A DNA stretch of 45,126 bases, taken from the IMG/VR virus record IMGVR_UViG_3300006120_000038, positions 1-45,126 of that record; one strand, written 5' to 3'. Below the pieces are notes generated by a model. The model searched no databases and was not told where the DNA came from. It saw only the letters and a list, made by a program, of their open reading frames with translations. Of the stretch, positions 8,851-18,545 are shown piece by piece (position 1 is the first letter of the stretch; every line of letters starts with the position of its first letter). The position numbers were made by a program, and so were the translations under genes. Source of the stretch: a virus. Its lineage: Duplodnaviria; Caudoviricetes.

Positions 8851-9532
8851 AAGATTTGGCATGCTGACTGTTGAAAAACTTTCGGAATTGCAAAACAATC
8901 GACATCTAAAATGGGATTGCATTTGTGAATGCGGGAATAGATCAACTCACACTGGAAACAACCTGCGTTGCGGTCATGCAAAATCATGTGGTTGCCTAAA
9001 AAGAAAACCACAACGAGAGTATTTATCAAATTTGCAATTTGGAAAACTCTTAGTAAGAGATTTCAATAAAACAAAAAATGGAATTGCTTTTTGGAATTGT
9101 GAGTGCCAATGCGGAAATAAAACCATTGTTTCATCCGGGCATCTTAAAAGCGGGCACACTAAATCTTGTGGATGCATCGCTTCAGAAGCAGCTAAAAAAA
9201 GAGCATACAAAACAATTTCGGGGAAAAAGAAAACATCAATCAATGGATCGTTAAAACCAAGGATTGCCGGTGGATATGTTAAAATACACGATAGAAATCA
9301 TCACAGATCCGACAAATCTGGATTTGTTTATGAGCATATTGTAGTAATGGAAAAATCTTTAAAAAGATCTTTACTTCCAAAAGAAACTGTTCATCATAAG
9401 AACGGAATGAAAGCAGATAATAGAATTGAAAACCTTGAGCTTTGGTCTCACTCTCATCCTTGTGGTCAAAGGATTGCTGATAAAATTGCATGGGCAAAAG
9501 AAATACTATCCACATACAATGGATTGTCATAA
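8825..9532 (+). CDS. HNH homing endonuclease with two N-terminal Cys-containing repeats
   Basis: Two (L)xGxxFGxLxV..WxCxCxCGN..L.xGHxKSCGC repeats; YEH..E..VHHKNG..DNRIENLEL. Confidence 0.92.
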   Translation: MKKKNLVGERFGMLTVEKLSELQNNRHLKWDCICECGNRSTHTGNNLRCGHAKSCGCLKRKPQREYLSNLQFGKLLVRDFNKTKNGIAFWNCECQCGNKTIVSSGHLKSGHTKSCGCIASEAAKKRAYKTISGKKKTSINGSLKPRIAGGYVKIHDRNHHRSDKSGFVYEHIVVMEKSLKRSLLPKETVHHKNGMKADNRIENLELWSHSHPCGQRIADKIAWAKEILSTYNGLS

Positions 9533-9704
9533 CCAATACGAACAAGGAAAGATTGAGGCCACCGAACAGATAGTGTCCCTCATCTACGAGCGATATATCT
9601 ATCACCGCACCTTTCATGGGAAGGATTCAGAGATTGCTTTAGCCCATAAAAACTTGATCCATACCATCAGAGATATGCAAGCGGAGGAAATTCACAATGA
9701 GTAA
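9519..9704 (+). CDS. Hypothetical protein
   Basis: ATG 9519; fills gap and overlaps next start. Confidence 0.65.
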   Translation: MDCHNQYEQGKIEATEQIVSLIYERYIYHRTFHGKDSEIALAHKNLIHTIRDMQAEEIHNE

Positions 9705-10977
9705 GTGCCTCGTTATTGATCATGGATTGTTCACGGCATTTGCCCAGCGTCTAGCTGAAGATCATGAGGTGAGATACTTCGTGCCTTATGCTGATAGGTC
9801 ATTCCCTATCCCTGGCCCTGCATTCATTGGCGAGGGGCTTGATGGCATTGAGCGAGTCAACAACTGGGAGGAGAACCTAGACGTGGACTTCGTTGTGATC
9901 CCTGATGTGGGATTCATGTATCTGGCAGAGCATATACGCTCCCTTGGTATCCCAGTATGGGCGGCAGGACTTGGAGAGAAGCTGGAAGTGCAGAGGTGGA
10001 GGGCAAAGGAAACCATGAGGGAGCTAGGGTTGCCAGTAGGTAAAACTGCCCTTGTGACCGGAATGCCAGCACTGCGTAAGTATCTTGAAGAGAATGAAAA
10101 CGTGTTCGTCAAAATCAGTGGCTTTAGGGGAGTAGCGGAAACCTTCTCCTCCCCATCATGGGAGCATTCGCAGCAGAGGGTGAATGAGTTGTGGGATGCC
10201 TTGGGGGGCCTCTGCAATGTGTTTTCGTTTGTGGTGGAGCATATGGTGGAGTCCGTGGTGGAAGCCGGATATGACGGATATTGCATTGATGGTAAGTTCC
10301 CATCCACTTGCTTAACTGGCGTGGAGGTGAAGGACTGCGGATACGTTGGGGCAGTGAGAGACTATTCGGATTTGTCTGATCCTGTGAGAGTGGTGAATGA
10401 AAAGCTCACTCCATTCCTAGAAGAGGCCAAGTATCGTCAATGGTTCAGCACTGAGATCCGTGTCACCGACGAGGGCACTCCATACCTTATTGATCTCACC
10501 ACTCGATGCCCTGCTCCTCCTTCAGCCCTCCTGTGGGAGATGATTGATAACGTGGGGGAGATCGTGGAAGCCGGAGCCAATGGAGTGCTGGTAGATCCAG
10601 TATGGAGGGCCAAGTATGGGGCACTTGCGGTGATCAAGAGTGCCTTTGCAGAAGAGAGGTGGTGTCCAGTGAGCGTTTCGGACGAGTCCTCACGCTGGGT
10701 CAAGTGGCGCAATGCCTGTGTGGTTGACGGCATGACCTACATCGTTCCCACTACTGGGGTGAGGATGTGCGAGATTGGAGATTGCATTGGCATTGGAGAC
10801 ACGATGGAAGAAGCTATAAAGGCTTGCCAAGAACACGCAGAGGGAGTGAAAGGATTTGATATCAAGGTCAATACTGATGCTCTTCCTGCCGCACTGAAAG
10901 AGATTGAGAATGCCGAGGAAAATGGCATCATCTTTTCCGATGAAGAACTACCAAAACAAGCAGACCTATTAGACTAA
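9697..10977 (+). CDS. ATP-grasp ligase, PurD (GAR synthetase)-like
   Basis: Rossmann-like N-term, LEVQRWRAKETMRELGLPV, VFVKIS, FVVE..VEAGYDGY, YLIDLTTR.P.PP; 426 aa. Confidence 0.75.
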   Translation: MSKCLVIDHGLFTAFAQRLAEDHEVRYFVPYADRSFPIPGPAFIGEGLDGIERVNNWEENLDVDFVVIPDVGFMYLAEHIRSLGIPVWAAGLGEKLEVQRWRAKETMRELGLPVGKTALVTGMPALRKYLEENENVFVKISGFRGVAETFSSPSWEHSQQRVNELWDALGGLCNVFSFVVEHMVESVVEAGYDGYCIDGKFPSTCLTGVEVKDCGYVGAVRDYSDLSDPVRVVNEKLTPFLEEAKYRQWFSTEIRVTDEGTPYLIDLTTRCPAPPSALLWEMIDNVGEIVEAGANGVLVDPVWRAKYGALAVIKSAFAEERWCPVSVSDESSRWVKWRNACVVDGMTYIVPTTGVRMCEIGDCIGIGDTMEEAIKACQEHAEGVKGFDIKVNTDALPAALKEIENAEENGIIFSDEELPKQADLLD

Positions 10978-11249
10978 TGACATTATCAGAATGGAGACAG
11001 AACGTGGATCTGGCAATTGAGCTAAAGAAGATCCTAGATAATCCGGTTGTGAAACACGCCTTATCAGTCGTGGACAACTTGAGCATGGCAAAAACCCTTG
11101 GCAATAGGGCTGGACTCATCCAGCAAGCAAACAACGCTCATGTGCTTTTCGGTTATGATTCCGGTCGAGCCTCCATCATTGCAGACCTCCACATCCTCTC
11201 TGAAGTGCCGGAGGAACTTGTGAATATTGAACCCACCTACACCAACTAA
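10977..11249 (+). CDS. Hypothetical protein (head module)
   Basis: TAATG-coupled ORF directly before scaffold-like gene. Confidence 0.75.
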   Translation: MTLSEWRQNVDLAIELKKILDNPVVKHALSVVDNLSMAKTLGNRAGLIQQANNAHVLFGYDSGRASIIADLHILSEVPEELVNIEPTYTN

Positions 11250-11255
11250 TTTCAT

Positions 11256-12455
11256 ATGGACAACAACACCACCACAGTAGCAGCAGACCCCACACCCGTA
11301 TCACCAGCAGAACGCCCCGGCGATCTATCGCAATTGGAGAAACAGTTCAAGACCCGCCCCAAGTTTGACAAGGTGGATTACAAAGCTCTCTCCGAGCTTC
11401 CAGAGAGTGCCTCTACCAAGGAGGTGGTTCCCACCCCTGGTGGGCTAGACATCGTTCCAGAGACGAGCGTGAGTGATTTCCTCAATGCCCTTGAGGACAA
11501 AAAGAACACTGGCCCTATTGAAGATGAGCCAAAGGAAGAGACCAAAAAGGCAAGCAAAGCCAACTTGGACAAAGAGTTTGACCTTTCCGATCTGGATCTG
11601 ACCAAGGAACCGGAGGCAGTTGTTGAGCAACCCAAGGCCAAGAAGAGCAAGGAGGACAACCTTGCGGAGCTTCGCAAGAAGGCAGAGGCAGCGGAGTTTG
11701 AAATCAAGACCCGTGATGAGAGGCTTGCTGAATACCAGAAGAGGGCAGAGGCGCTGGAGGCAGAGCTTGAGCGCACGGCATTTGAGCGTAGTCCCAAGTT
11801 CCAAGAGAAGTTTGCCGCCCCATACCAGGATGCCATCACAAGGGCTACCGAGTGGGCCAAGGACTTTGCCGCCGACTCTTCGCTGGCAGAGAAAGCTCTC
11901 TCGCTGAAAGGCAAGGAGCGCATTGAGTTCATTGACGAGAACTTTGGGGGAGGAGCGGCATCTGCCCAATTCCTTTCCTTGATCAATGAGGCCGACTCCC
12001 GCAGGGGAGCTTTGGAGCAAGCAGTGTTGAACCACCGTGAAACTGCTTCCGTGTTGGTGCAGGAGGATGAAAAATCCCGTCAGGCCACCACCGAAAAGAT
12101 CAACCGCAACTTTGATCGAGTGGCCCAGCATCTCGCTTCCAAGTCCGACTTCTTCCGTAAGGGGGATGACGATGATCACAATGCCCAAGTTGACCAGAGG
12201 ATTGCGGCGGCTAAGAGCATCATCCACGCCACAGCTTCCGAGAACGACATGATGGTTGCTCCCTTCCTTGCCGTGATTGCAAAGGATGCAGTTGCCGAGA
12301 ATGCACAACTCAAGGCAGAGCTTGCCAAGTATAAAGCAAGGGCAGCTAAAGATGCCGCAGTTGCTCCTTCCGTGAGGAGGGGATCTTCCGACGAGGGAGA
12401 AGTGAGGGGCAAGCCAAAGACTGCCGTGGATTCTATCCGCAATTATTTCCGATAA
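11256..12455 (+). CDS. Putative capsid scaffolding protein
   Basis: Acidic disordered N-term, long coiled coils, short basic C-terminal helix. Confidence 0.6.
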   Translation: MDNNTTTVAADPTPVSPAERPGDLSQLEKQFKTRPKFDKVDYKALSELPESASTKEVVPTPGGLDIVPETSVSDFLNALEDKKNTGPIEDEPKEETKKASKANLDKEFDLSDLDLTKEPEAVVEQPKAKKSKEDNLAELRKKAEAAEFEIKTRDERLAEYQKRAEALEAELERTAFERSPKFQEKFAAPYQDAITRATEWAKDFAADSSLAEKALSLKGKERIEFIDENFGGGAASAQFLSLINEADSRRGALEQAVLNHRETASVLVQEDEKSRQATTEKINRNFDRVAQHLASKSDFFRKGDDDDHNAQVDQRIAAAKSIIHATASENDMMVAPFLAVIAKDAVAENAQLKAELAKYKARAAKDAAVAPSVRRGSSDEGEVRGKPKTAVDSIRNYFR

Positions 12456-14144
12456 GTGAAGCTCCAAACCTACGGGCTGGATTTATCCAAGTTCCCAAAG
12501 GTATCGCAACTTGAGATAGAGTTGCTCATGGTGAAAAACCCTGACCCAAGCCGATTCAGTGGCTTGAGCCGGGGTCAACACATCAAACACGTTATCGCTA
12601 TGCTCTGGCCTGACGTGATGCGGTCATGGAATGAATGGAATGAGCTTTCCCTGTGGGCATGGACGAACTACGACGAGATCGGAGTTACCGGATGTGCCGC
12701 TGCTGGAAAGACCTTCACCTTCACCCTGCTCTCCCTCATTGAGTTTCTGGCTTGTCCTATGGGCACACGGGTGGCCCTAACCTCCACCACAGTGCCATCT
12801 CTCCGAGGACGAATCTGGGCAGAGATGATGAAGTTCGTGCGTCCGGTGTATCCGGCGTTTGGCCTCAACATCGTGGATTCCCAGACCAAGATCCAGTTCC
12901 AGAAAGGGGATGATCGAGCGGCAATCATTGCCCTTGCCGTGGACTCAGGGGCAGTGGAGCAAGCGGTGGGAAAACTCCAGGGGGTGCATATTCCCAGAAT
13001 GATCATTGCCGTGGATGAAGCGGCACAGACCAACCCTGCTGTGTTCTCTGCTAGGGCAAACCTTCAAGTGGGAACGGACTTCTATCACTTTGTGGCGATT
13101 GCCAACGCTTCTTCCCAGTTTGACTCTCATGGGTTGTTTTGCGAACCCAAGATGGGATGGGGATCATTGAACGATGATGACGAGTATTGGGAAACCAAGA
13201 CCGGAGTATGTGTGAGATACGATGGGCTGAAATCACCGAACGTGAAGGCGGGTCGCCTTATCTATCCCTACCTATTCGCTCAAGAGAACATTGACACAAT
13301 CAAGAAGAACTTTGGAGAAGGAAGTCTGGAATGGAACTCGTATGTGAGGGGGATGTGGAGCAAGTCAGGAGCTAGGAACTCCATCTTGGATCAGGCAATG
13401 ATCAATGAGGGAAGGGCAAGAGAGAAGGCAACGTGGGCAGGAGGGGGGATCAAGCACATAGCGGCATTAGACCCTGCATTCACTAGCGACGGTGATGATT
13501 GTATCTTGCGATTCGGTAAAGTGGGTGAGGCAGCGGATGGGGATCTCATGATTGAATGCGGGGATATCGTGCGCTTGTCTCTGACTGATTCCGAAACCTA
13601 TCCGCTATTCTACCAAGTGGCAGACCAGACTATTGCAGAACTCACCAGAAGGAATATCCAGCCGGAGGATTTTGCCATTGATGCCACCGGAGCGGGAGCA
13701 GGAATTGCCGACATCATTTCCCAAAGGTGGAAGAACAATTTTATCCGGGTAAGTTTCGGAGGTGGAGCCACGGACGCTCCGATATCCATTGAGGATGAAA
13801 GACCAGCAAAGCAAGTGTATGCGAATCGAGTGAGTCAGTTGTGGGGACAGATTAGGTCAATCATCATGGCAGGAAGGATGAGGGGATTGGATGATCAAAC
13901 GGCAAGGGAGCTTTGCGCTCGCATCTACACGCTACGAAATGAACGCACGTTATTGGAGAGCAAGAAGGACTTGAAGAAGCGCACGAAAGGAAACTCTCCC
14001 GACCGAGCAGACGCATTGGCGCTGCTTGTGGAGGTGATGGTGACAAATTACGGATTGTCAAGCTCAATGGGGCCGTGGTCATCCAATGATGACGATTGGG
14101 AGAAGTTTGTTCTTGATAACGAATTGGAGTCTGACTATCGGTGA
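12456..14144 (+). CDS. terL: Terminase large subunit
   Basis: Walker A GCAAAGKT, Walker B IIAVDEA, RNase H-type nuclease motifs LDPA, IDATG, SPDRADAL. Confidence 0.9.
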   Translation: MKLQTYGLDLSKFPKVSQLEIELLMVKNPDPSRFSGLSRGQHIKHVIAMLWPDVMRSWNEWNELSLWAWTNYDEIGVTGCAAAGKTFTFTLLSLIEFLACPMGTRVALTSTTVPSLRGRIWAEMMKFVRPVYPAFGLNIVDSQTKIQFQKGDDRAAIIALAVDSGAVEQAVGKLQGVHIPRMIIAVDEAAQTNPAVFSARANLQVGTDFYHFVAIANASSQFDSHGLFCEPKMGWGSLNDDDEYWETKTGVCVRYDGLKSPNVKAGRLIYPYLFAQENIDTIKKNFGEGSLEWNSYVRGMWSKSGARNSILDQAMINEGRAREKATWAGGGIKHIAALDPAFTSDGDDCILRFGKVGEAADGDLMIECGDIVRLSLTDSETYPLFYQVADQTIAELTRRNIQPEDFAIDATGAGAGIADIISQRWKNNFIRVSFGGGATDAPISIEDERPAKQVYANRVSQLWGQIRSIIMAGRMRGLDDQTARELCARIYTLRNERTLLESKKDLKKRTKGNSPDRADALALLVEVMVTNYGLSSSMGPWSSNDDDWEKFVLDNELESDYR

Positions 14145-14174
14145 GGAAGTGGCTACAACCAGCCCTCACAAAAA

Positions 14175-14864
14175 ATGAAAAAAGTAAAACTGGTGCGTAA
14201 TGCACCTCACCAAAAATATCACCTATCCGATGGCACTCAAGTGCCCGGAGGCTCCACAATCTGCAAGATCGGGGATGATGCAGGGGCACTCATTCACTGG
14301 GCATGGAACCTTGGCAGGGAGGGCAAGGACTACCGGAAGGAGCGGGACAGGGCAGCCGATATCGGAACCCTCGCACATTTCTACATTGAATGTATGCTCA
14401 ATGGTCAAGTGGCAGATCTGGATGACTACACCCAGGAGGAGCGGGACAAGGCATTGGTCTGCTATTCCAAGTTCTTGGATTGGTGGGAAGGTGAAGACCT
14501 TGAAGTGGTCGCCACTGAAATTCAGTTGGTGAACGAACTCTATCGCTACGGAGGAACAATTGACCTGATCGCCAAACGCAAGAATGGGGATCATGTGTTG
14601 TTGGATTTCAAGACCAGCAAGAAGATTTCGGAGAGCTACTGGCGGCAAGCGGCAGGGTATTCTTGGTTGTGGGAGGCCAACAACAAGCAAGCCCCGATCA
14701 CTTCCCATGCCATCGTTAGGATTGGTAAGGAGGAGGAGGGAGACTTTGAAGTGGTATGGAGGGAGGATCTTTCCAAGGAATGGTTTGTTTTCCAAAAGCA
14801 AGTGGATCTCTATTGGGCCATGCAAGCTGCCAAGCCGGAGCCGAAAAGGAAGAAGAAGGCATGA
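14175..14864 (+). CDS. PD-(D/E)xK exonuclease
   Basis: GTLAH, E..L, YGGTIDL, LLDFKTS, Q.AGY. Confidence 0.9.
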   Translation: MKKVKLVRNAPHQKYHLSDGTQVPGGSTICKIGDDAGALIHWAWNLGREGKDYRKERDRAADIGTLAHFYIECMLNGQVADLDDYTQEERDKALVCYSKFLDWWEGEDLEVVATEIQLVNELYRYGGTIDLIAKRKNGDHVLLDFKTSKKISESYWRQAAGYSWLWEANNKQAPITSHAIVRIGKEEEGDFEVVWREDLSKEWFVFQKQVDLYWAMQAAKPEPKRKKKA

Positions 14865-16114
14865 CCCCATCCTCTTTAGACGCAGAGAAGGCATTCTTAT
14901 CAAGTGCCTTACAGAACCCCTCTATACTTGATATACACGCCGATCATCTCAAGGAAGGGCTATTCAGCACCCGATCCACCAAAGCTATTTTTAAGGCCAT
15001 CCTAGCCCTCTGGAAGGAGGGTCAGGGGGCAGATTTGGTTACTGCCAGCGAGTGGCTGGAGAAAAACAACCTGATGGACGATGCTGGTGGCCCAGCGGAA
15101 GTGGCGACGATATACTCATTCGTGCCCACAAGCATGAACCATGAAGAGTATTTCTCAATTATTCGACATTATCACACAGCACGTCTCGCTATTGCAGGTG
15201 CAGAAAGGATTATTGATAGTGCTAAAAATCCAGTGGTGAGCGGGGAGCTATCCGAAACCATCCAGAAGGCATTGGTGGCTATCGCTGCCGATGCGGAGTC
15301 AGGGTCTAGGATTGAGTCCATTGGAGAGGCGGCAATGCGCCGGATTGATCAATACGAGGAAATGGTCAAGAACAAGGGGAAGCTCATGGGCCTCACCTTT
15401 GGCATCAAGCCTCTTGATGACCACACGGGAGGAATGCGCCCTGGGCAACTCATCATCATTGGTGCGCCAACCAAGGGGGGCAAGACCGCATTGGCTCTCA
15501 ATATAGCCCAACGCACTGCCGATGCAGGAAACCCCGTGGGGATCTTCAGCCTTGAAATGAGCAGCGGGGAACTGGTTGACAGAATGGTGAGTTCCATCAC
15601 CGGAACCGACATCACCGTGTTGAGCAAAAGCCCGACCAAGGGAGACATGGATAAAATCAACTTTGGAGTCACACAAGCATCCAAACTACCCATCTGGATC
15701 AGGGATGAATCATCCATCAACCCCATGCAGATCATGGCTGCCGCTCGTCGAATGGTTGCCACGCACGGAGTGAAGGTGATCATCTACGACTACATACAAC
15801 TCACCACCCCATCCAACCCAAAGGATAGCCGGGAGAGGCAGATTGCAGACGTGAGTAGATGTTTGAAGTTGGTGGCTAAAGAATTACAAGTGACCATCAT
15901 TGCCCTCACCCAACTCAATGCGGAGGGTGCATCAAGAGAGTCAAGGGCAATCGAGCATGACACAGACCTGATGCTGATCATCCGCAATGACGAAGAGCAT
16001 GGATATTTTCTTGACATCCGATTGGCACGAAACTGTAGTAGAGCTTCCTTCCCGATGGAGTTTAGGCCGGAGTATCTTCGGTTTGACCCAAGGGAAACAA
16101 CCAACAACCAATGA
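14861..16114 (+). CDS. dnaB: DnaB-like replicative helicase
   Basis: Start likely ATG 14861; AEKAFL N-domain, GAPTKGGKT, FSLEMS, DYIQL, LTQLN, RESRAIEHD. Confidence 0.95.
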   Translation: MTPSSLDAEKAFLSSALQNPSILDIHADHLKEGLFSTRSTKAIFKAILALWKEGQGADLVTASEWLEKNNLMDDAGGPAEVATIYSFVPTSMNHEEYFSIIRHYHTARLAIAGAERIIDSAKNPVVSGELSETIQKALVAIAADAESGSRIESIGEAAMRRIDQYEEMVKNKGKLMGLTFGIKPLDDHTGGMRPGQLIIIGAPTKGGKTALALNIAQRTADAGNPVGIFSLEMSSGELVDRMVSSITGTDITVLSKSPTKGDMDKINFGVTQASKLPIWIRDESSINPMQIMAAARRMVATHGVKVIIYDYIQLTTPSNPKDSRERQIADVSRCLKLVAKELQVTIIALTQLNAEGASRESRAIEHDTDLMLIIRNDEEHGYFLDIRLARNCSRASFPMEFRPEYLRFDPRETTNNQ

Positions 16115-16368
16115 GCAACCAATACGACAACACCAATAGTGGAGCGGCATTCCTCAAGGACAATGCCAACCCAAAAGCCCCCAAGTGGGCTGGCCCAATC
16201 AACGTGGAGGGCAAGGAATACGAGATCGCAGTCTGGGAGAAGACCAGCAAGGCAGGAAAGCCTTTCCTTTCCTTCAAGCTGGATAAGCCCCGTCCAAAGA
16301 CTCAGGGCAACTACAATCAGGCCAAGGCTCCATACAAAGGCCACGATTCCGAGGAGATCCCTTTCTAA
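16111..16368 (+). CDS. Small single-stranded DNA-binding protein
   Basis: Beta-rich core (NSGAAF..W.GPINVEGKEYEIAVW) and acidic EEIPF C-terminus. Confidence 0.7.
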   Translation: MSNQYDNTNSGAAFLKDNANPKAPKWAGPINVEGKEYEIAVWEKTSKAGKPFLSFKLDKPRPKTQGNYNQAKAPYKGHDSEEIPF

Positions 16369-16370
16369 TC

Positions 16371-16607
16371 ATGGAAAAGAAATTCTCCAAGAAAGTCACC
16401 AACCCAAAGACGGGGCGTGAGAAGACCGTGAGGTATGGTCAGAAGGGAGCTACCATCAAGCCAGGAACATCCAAGGGAGATGCCTATTGCGCCCGTAGTG
16501 CCGGACAGATGAAAGATCATCCAGCAGCAGCGAAGAACCCTAACTCTCCATTGCGCCTATCTAGGGCAAAATGGAAATGCAGCGGAACCAAATCAAGAAA
16601 ATCCTAA
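16371..16607 (+). CDS. Small basic conserved phage protein (DUF6321-like)
   Basis: VRYGQKG..AYCARSAG..PNSPLRLSRAKWKC. Confidence 0.7.
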   Translation: MEKKFSKKVTNPKTGREKTVRYGQKGATIKPGTSKGDAYCARSAGQMKDHPAAAKNPNSPLRLSRAKWKCSGTKSRKS

Positions 16608-16613
16608 TCTTTT

Positions 16614-16690
16614 GCGGTGGGCATAGGAGTTGCAGGAGATCTGCAAACCGAGGGGTTATCATTCTTCCTCTTTTGTCGAACACCCGCCGC
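16614..16690 (+). ncRNA. Structured element A: outer stem enclosing a GAGAT-loop hairpin and a second hairpin
   Basis: GCGGTGGG/CCCGCCGC; TTGCAG-GAGAT-CTGCAA; GAGGGG/TTCCTC. Confidence 0.55.
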
Positions 16691-16702
16691 ATTCTTTTTA
16701 CA

Positions 16703-16903
16703 ATGAAATTCAACTACACCTGTCATGATGACGAATGCGAGCATGAGTTTGAAGTTCGCCTGTACCCTGCACAACCAGATCGAGGTATGCACGGAACTTA
16801 TGAAGATGCCGAACAGGGGCATGGAGCCTACACGGAGCCGGAGGAGTGTCCCAAATGCGGGAGGGAAGTGGATGTGGAGGAGATTGAGGACAAATTCCTA
16901 TGA
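16703..16903 (+). CDS. Zinc-ribbon protein
   Basis: Start ATG 16703; CHDDEC..CPKCG. Confidence 0.75.
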   Translation: MKFNYTCHDDECEHEFEVRLYPAQPDRGMHGTYEDAEQGHGAYTEPEECPKCGREVDVEEIEDKFL

Positions 16904-17133
16904 TGACCCTTGTCATAATCACCGGAGCTATCGGCCTGATTCTCTCCTACGCACTAGGATTCTACCTGGTTGCCGAGGAAGCTCGTAGGAAGACCGAGAA
17001 AGCCATTGCCCTCTACTACAGGGATCACCAAACGGAATGCGTGATGATGCTCAACCGCATCTCTCTCATTGAAACCAAGAAGGAGATTGAACTCCAAAAA
17101 CTCAAGAATGAAGATGCAAGTGGGACAAATTAA
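16900..17133 (+). CDS. Hypothetical protein with N-terminal TM
   Basis: ATGA-coupled; hydrophobic N-term. Confidence 0.7.
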   Translation: MMTLVIITGAIGLILSYALGFYLVAEEARRKTEKAIALYYRDHQTECVMMLNRISLIETKKEIELQKLKNEDASGTN

Positions 17134-17311
17134 CTTTGGCCCTACTCCATCACGCTTGATGATGGATGAGGAGGACGAGATCAACAATCTCCGGGCAGAG
17201 CTTGAAATGATGCTTGATACTTTAAAGGAAATCAATAGCCTCAACTCGCACGGCAAGACCAAAGAGATTGCCGACACAATCAGACCCATACTCAACCACT
17301 ATCAAAAATGA
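17108..17311 (+). CDS. Hypothetical protein
   Basis: ORF MKMQVGQINFG..; coupled to next gene. Confidence 0.65.
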   Translation: MKMQVGQINFGPTPSRLMMDEEDEINNLRAELEMMLDTLKEINSLNSHGKTKEIADTIRPILNHYQK

Positions 17312-17550
17312 AAAAACTAGCCCTACTAACCCTAATCGGCACTGCATCCGCTCAGGATGCCACCCAATACCCCTACATCATCCCCGCCACGCAACCTGGA
17401 TACCAAGCCGCTCAGCTGGCAATCGCCCAGCAGCAGTTGGCAATCCAACGCCAAATGGCACAGGAGCTACGCCACGCTAGGTGGAAAGCCGAAATGGAAG
17501 AACTCACCCGACCAATCACCATCAACCCAATCACTCACCTTGCTGAGTAA
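17308..17550 (+). CDS. Hypothetical exported protein
   Basis: Signal peptide MKKLALLTLIGTASA|Q. Confidence 0.7.
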   Translation: MKKLALLTLIGTASAQDATQYPYIIPATQPGYQAAQLAIAQQQLAIQRQMAQELRHARWKAEMEELTRPITINPITHLAE

Positions 17551-17556
17551 AATACC

Positions 17557-17886
17557 ATGATCCACAACACCGACCCCATTGAATTTGAATTCCCAATCTT
17601 TGCCGATGCAGATCGAGTCATAGATGCCAAAGGCAGGGAACTGACCCAGATCTCCGGCCTCTGCTCCCCCGCTGAAGCTATCCGCTGGGCAAAGCTATTC
17701 TCCCATTCATACCAAGCCTACACGCTGCTGGATGGGGTGAAGAACCTATTGGTTGCCGGACTTGACGAGCCGCATGATCCTTCCACCCATCAGGAGGGGG
17801 CCAAGTGCATTGTGTGCGACATTGACGAGTTTCTTGCTTCCGTGTTCAACGAGCCAAAGAAGCCAAATCTGATCGTGGTGGAATGA
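17557..17886 (+). CDS. Hypothetical protein
   Basis: ORF, coupled to next gene. Confidence 0.75.
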   Translation: MIHNTDPIEFEFPIFADADRVIDAKGRELTQISGLCSPAEAIRWAKLFSHSYQAYTLLDGVKNLLVAGLDEPHDPSTHQEGAKCIVCDIDEFLASVFNEPKKPNLIVVE

Positions 17887-18149
17887 GCGCAGGGAAGGGC
17901 GACACTCCCCGGAAAGTGGATCAGAAGAAATGGAGCAAGAACTATGACCGCATCTTCAAAAGGAATTCAAATCGTTTCTGCCCAAAATGCGGTGCTGATT
18001 GGCAGGGGAAACCCATCCCCGAAGCTGACCAGCACCATTTCGGCGGGAAGAAGCACTTCTCCAGGCTTATCGGGATTTATAGTCAAGAACTTGACCGCAC
18101 CGTGTATTATCAATGCCCCGATTGCGGTTCAGAAATAACCAGAAAATGA
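17883..18149 (+). CDS. Basic NYDxIF-motif peptide fused to zinc ribbon
   Basis: MSAGKGDTPR..NYDRIFK, CPKCG..CPDCG. Confidence 0.75.
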   Translation: MSAGKGDTPRKVDQKKWSKNYDRIFKRNSNRFCPKCGADWQGKPIPEADQHHFGGKKHFSRLIGIYSQELDRTVYYQCPDCGSEITRK

Positions 18150-18310
18150 GCAAAGTTGAATACGGAAAGCTCTCTCCGAGAATGAGCGAGATGCAACGCC
18201 GGATTGAGGCAGGAAACCCCAACCGCACCGGAGCCGCATCTGCCTCATACAGAGCTAACTACGACCAAATCTTCAAGAAAAAGGATAAGAAAAGTGGGAA
18301 AAAATCTTAA
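18146..18310 (+). CDS. Small basic protein with NYDxIF motif
   Basis: ATG 18146 overlaps previous stop; YRANYDQIFKKK. Confidence 0.7.
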   Translation: MSKVEYGKLSPRMSEMQRRIEAGNPNRTGAASASYRANYDQIFKKKDKKSGKKS

Positions 18311-18314
18311 TTAT

Positions 18315-18500
18315 GTGCCGTGGAATGAGCATAAGCACGTTGAAACCCGCAAGACCGACGATGATTGGGATGACTACCTCCTCAATCTTTCCAGTTCAGT
18401 GGGGGCAGCTTGTGACCGATTCTTTGACCTGCGAGGGATGAATCGAGGGCAATCGGATATCCCGGTGAGTTGGATTAGGCAAACGATCAAGAAACTATGA
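18315..18500 (+). CDS. Hypothetical protein
   Basis: GTG start inferred; fills gap. Confidence 0.5.
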   Translation: MPWNEHKHVETRKTDDDWDDYLLNLSSSVGAACDRFFDLRGMNRGQSDIPVSWIRQTIKKL

Positions 18501-18545
18501 ACAACAGAGTGATCTGTTAATAAAACGCAACCATATTTTTAACAA

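Noticed and set aside
11378-12467. Long antisense ORFs (also 6913-7569, 26873-27535, 27900-28778 and others)
   Set aside because: Shadows of plus-strand genes; no motifs or initiation signals
14175-14864. Cas4/CRISPR component
   Set aside because: Ordinary phage PD-(D/E)xK exonuclease; no Fe-S cysteine cluster or CRISPR context
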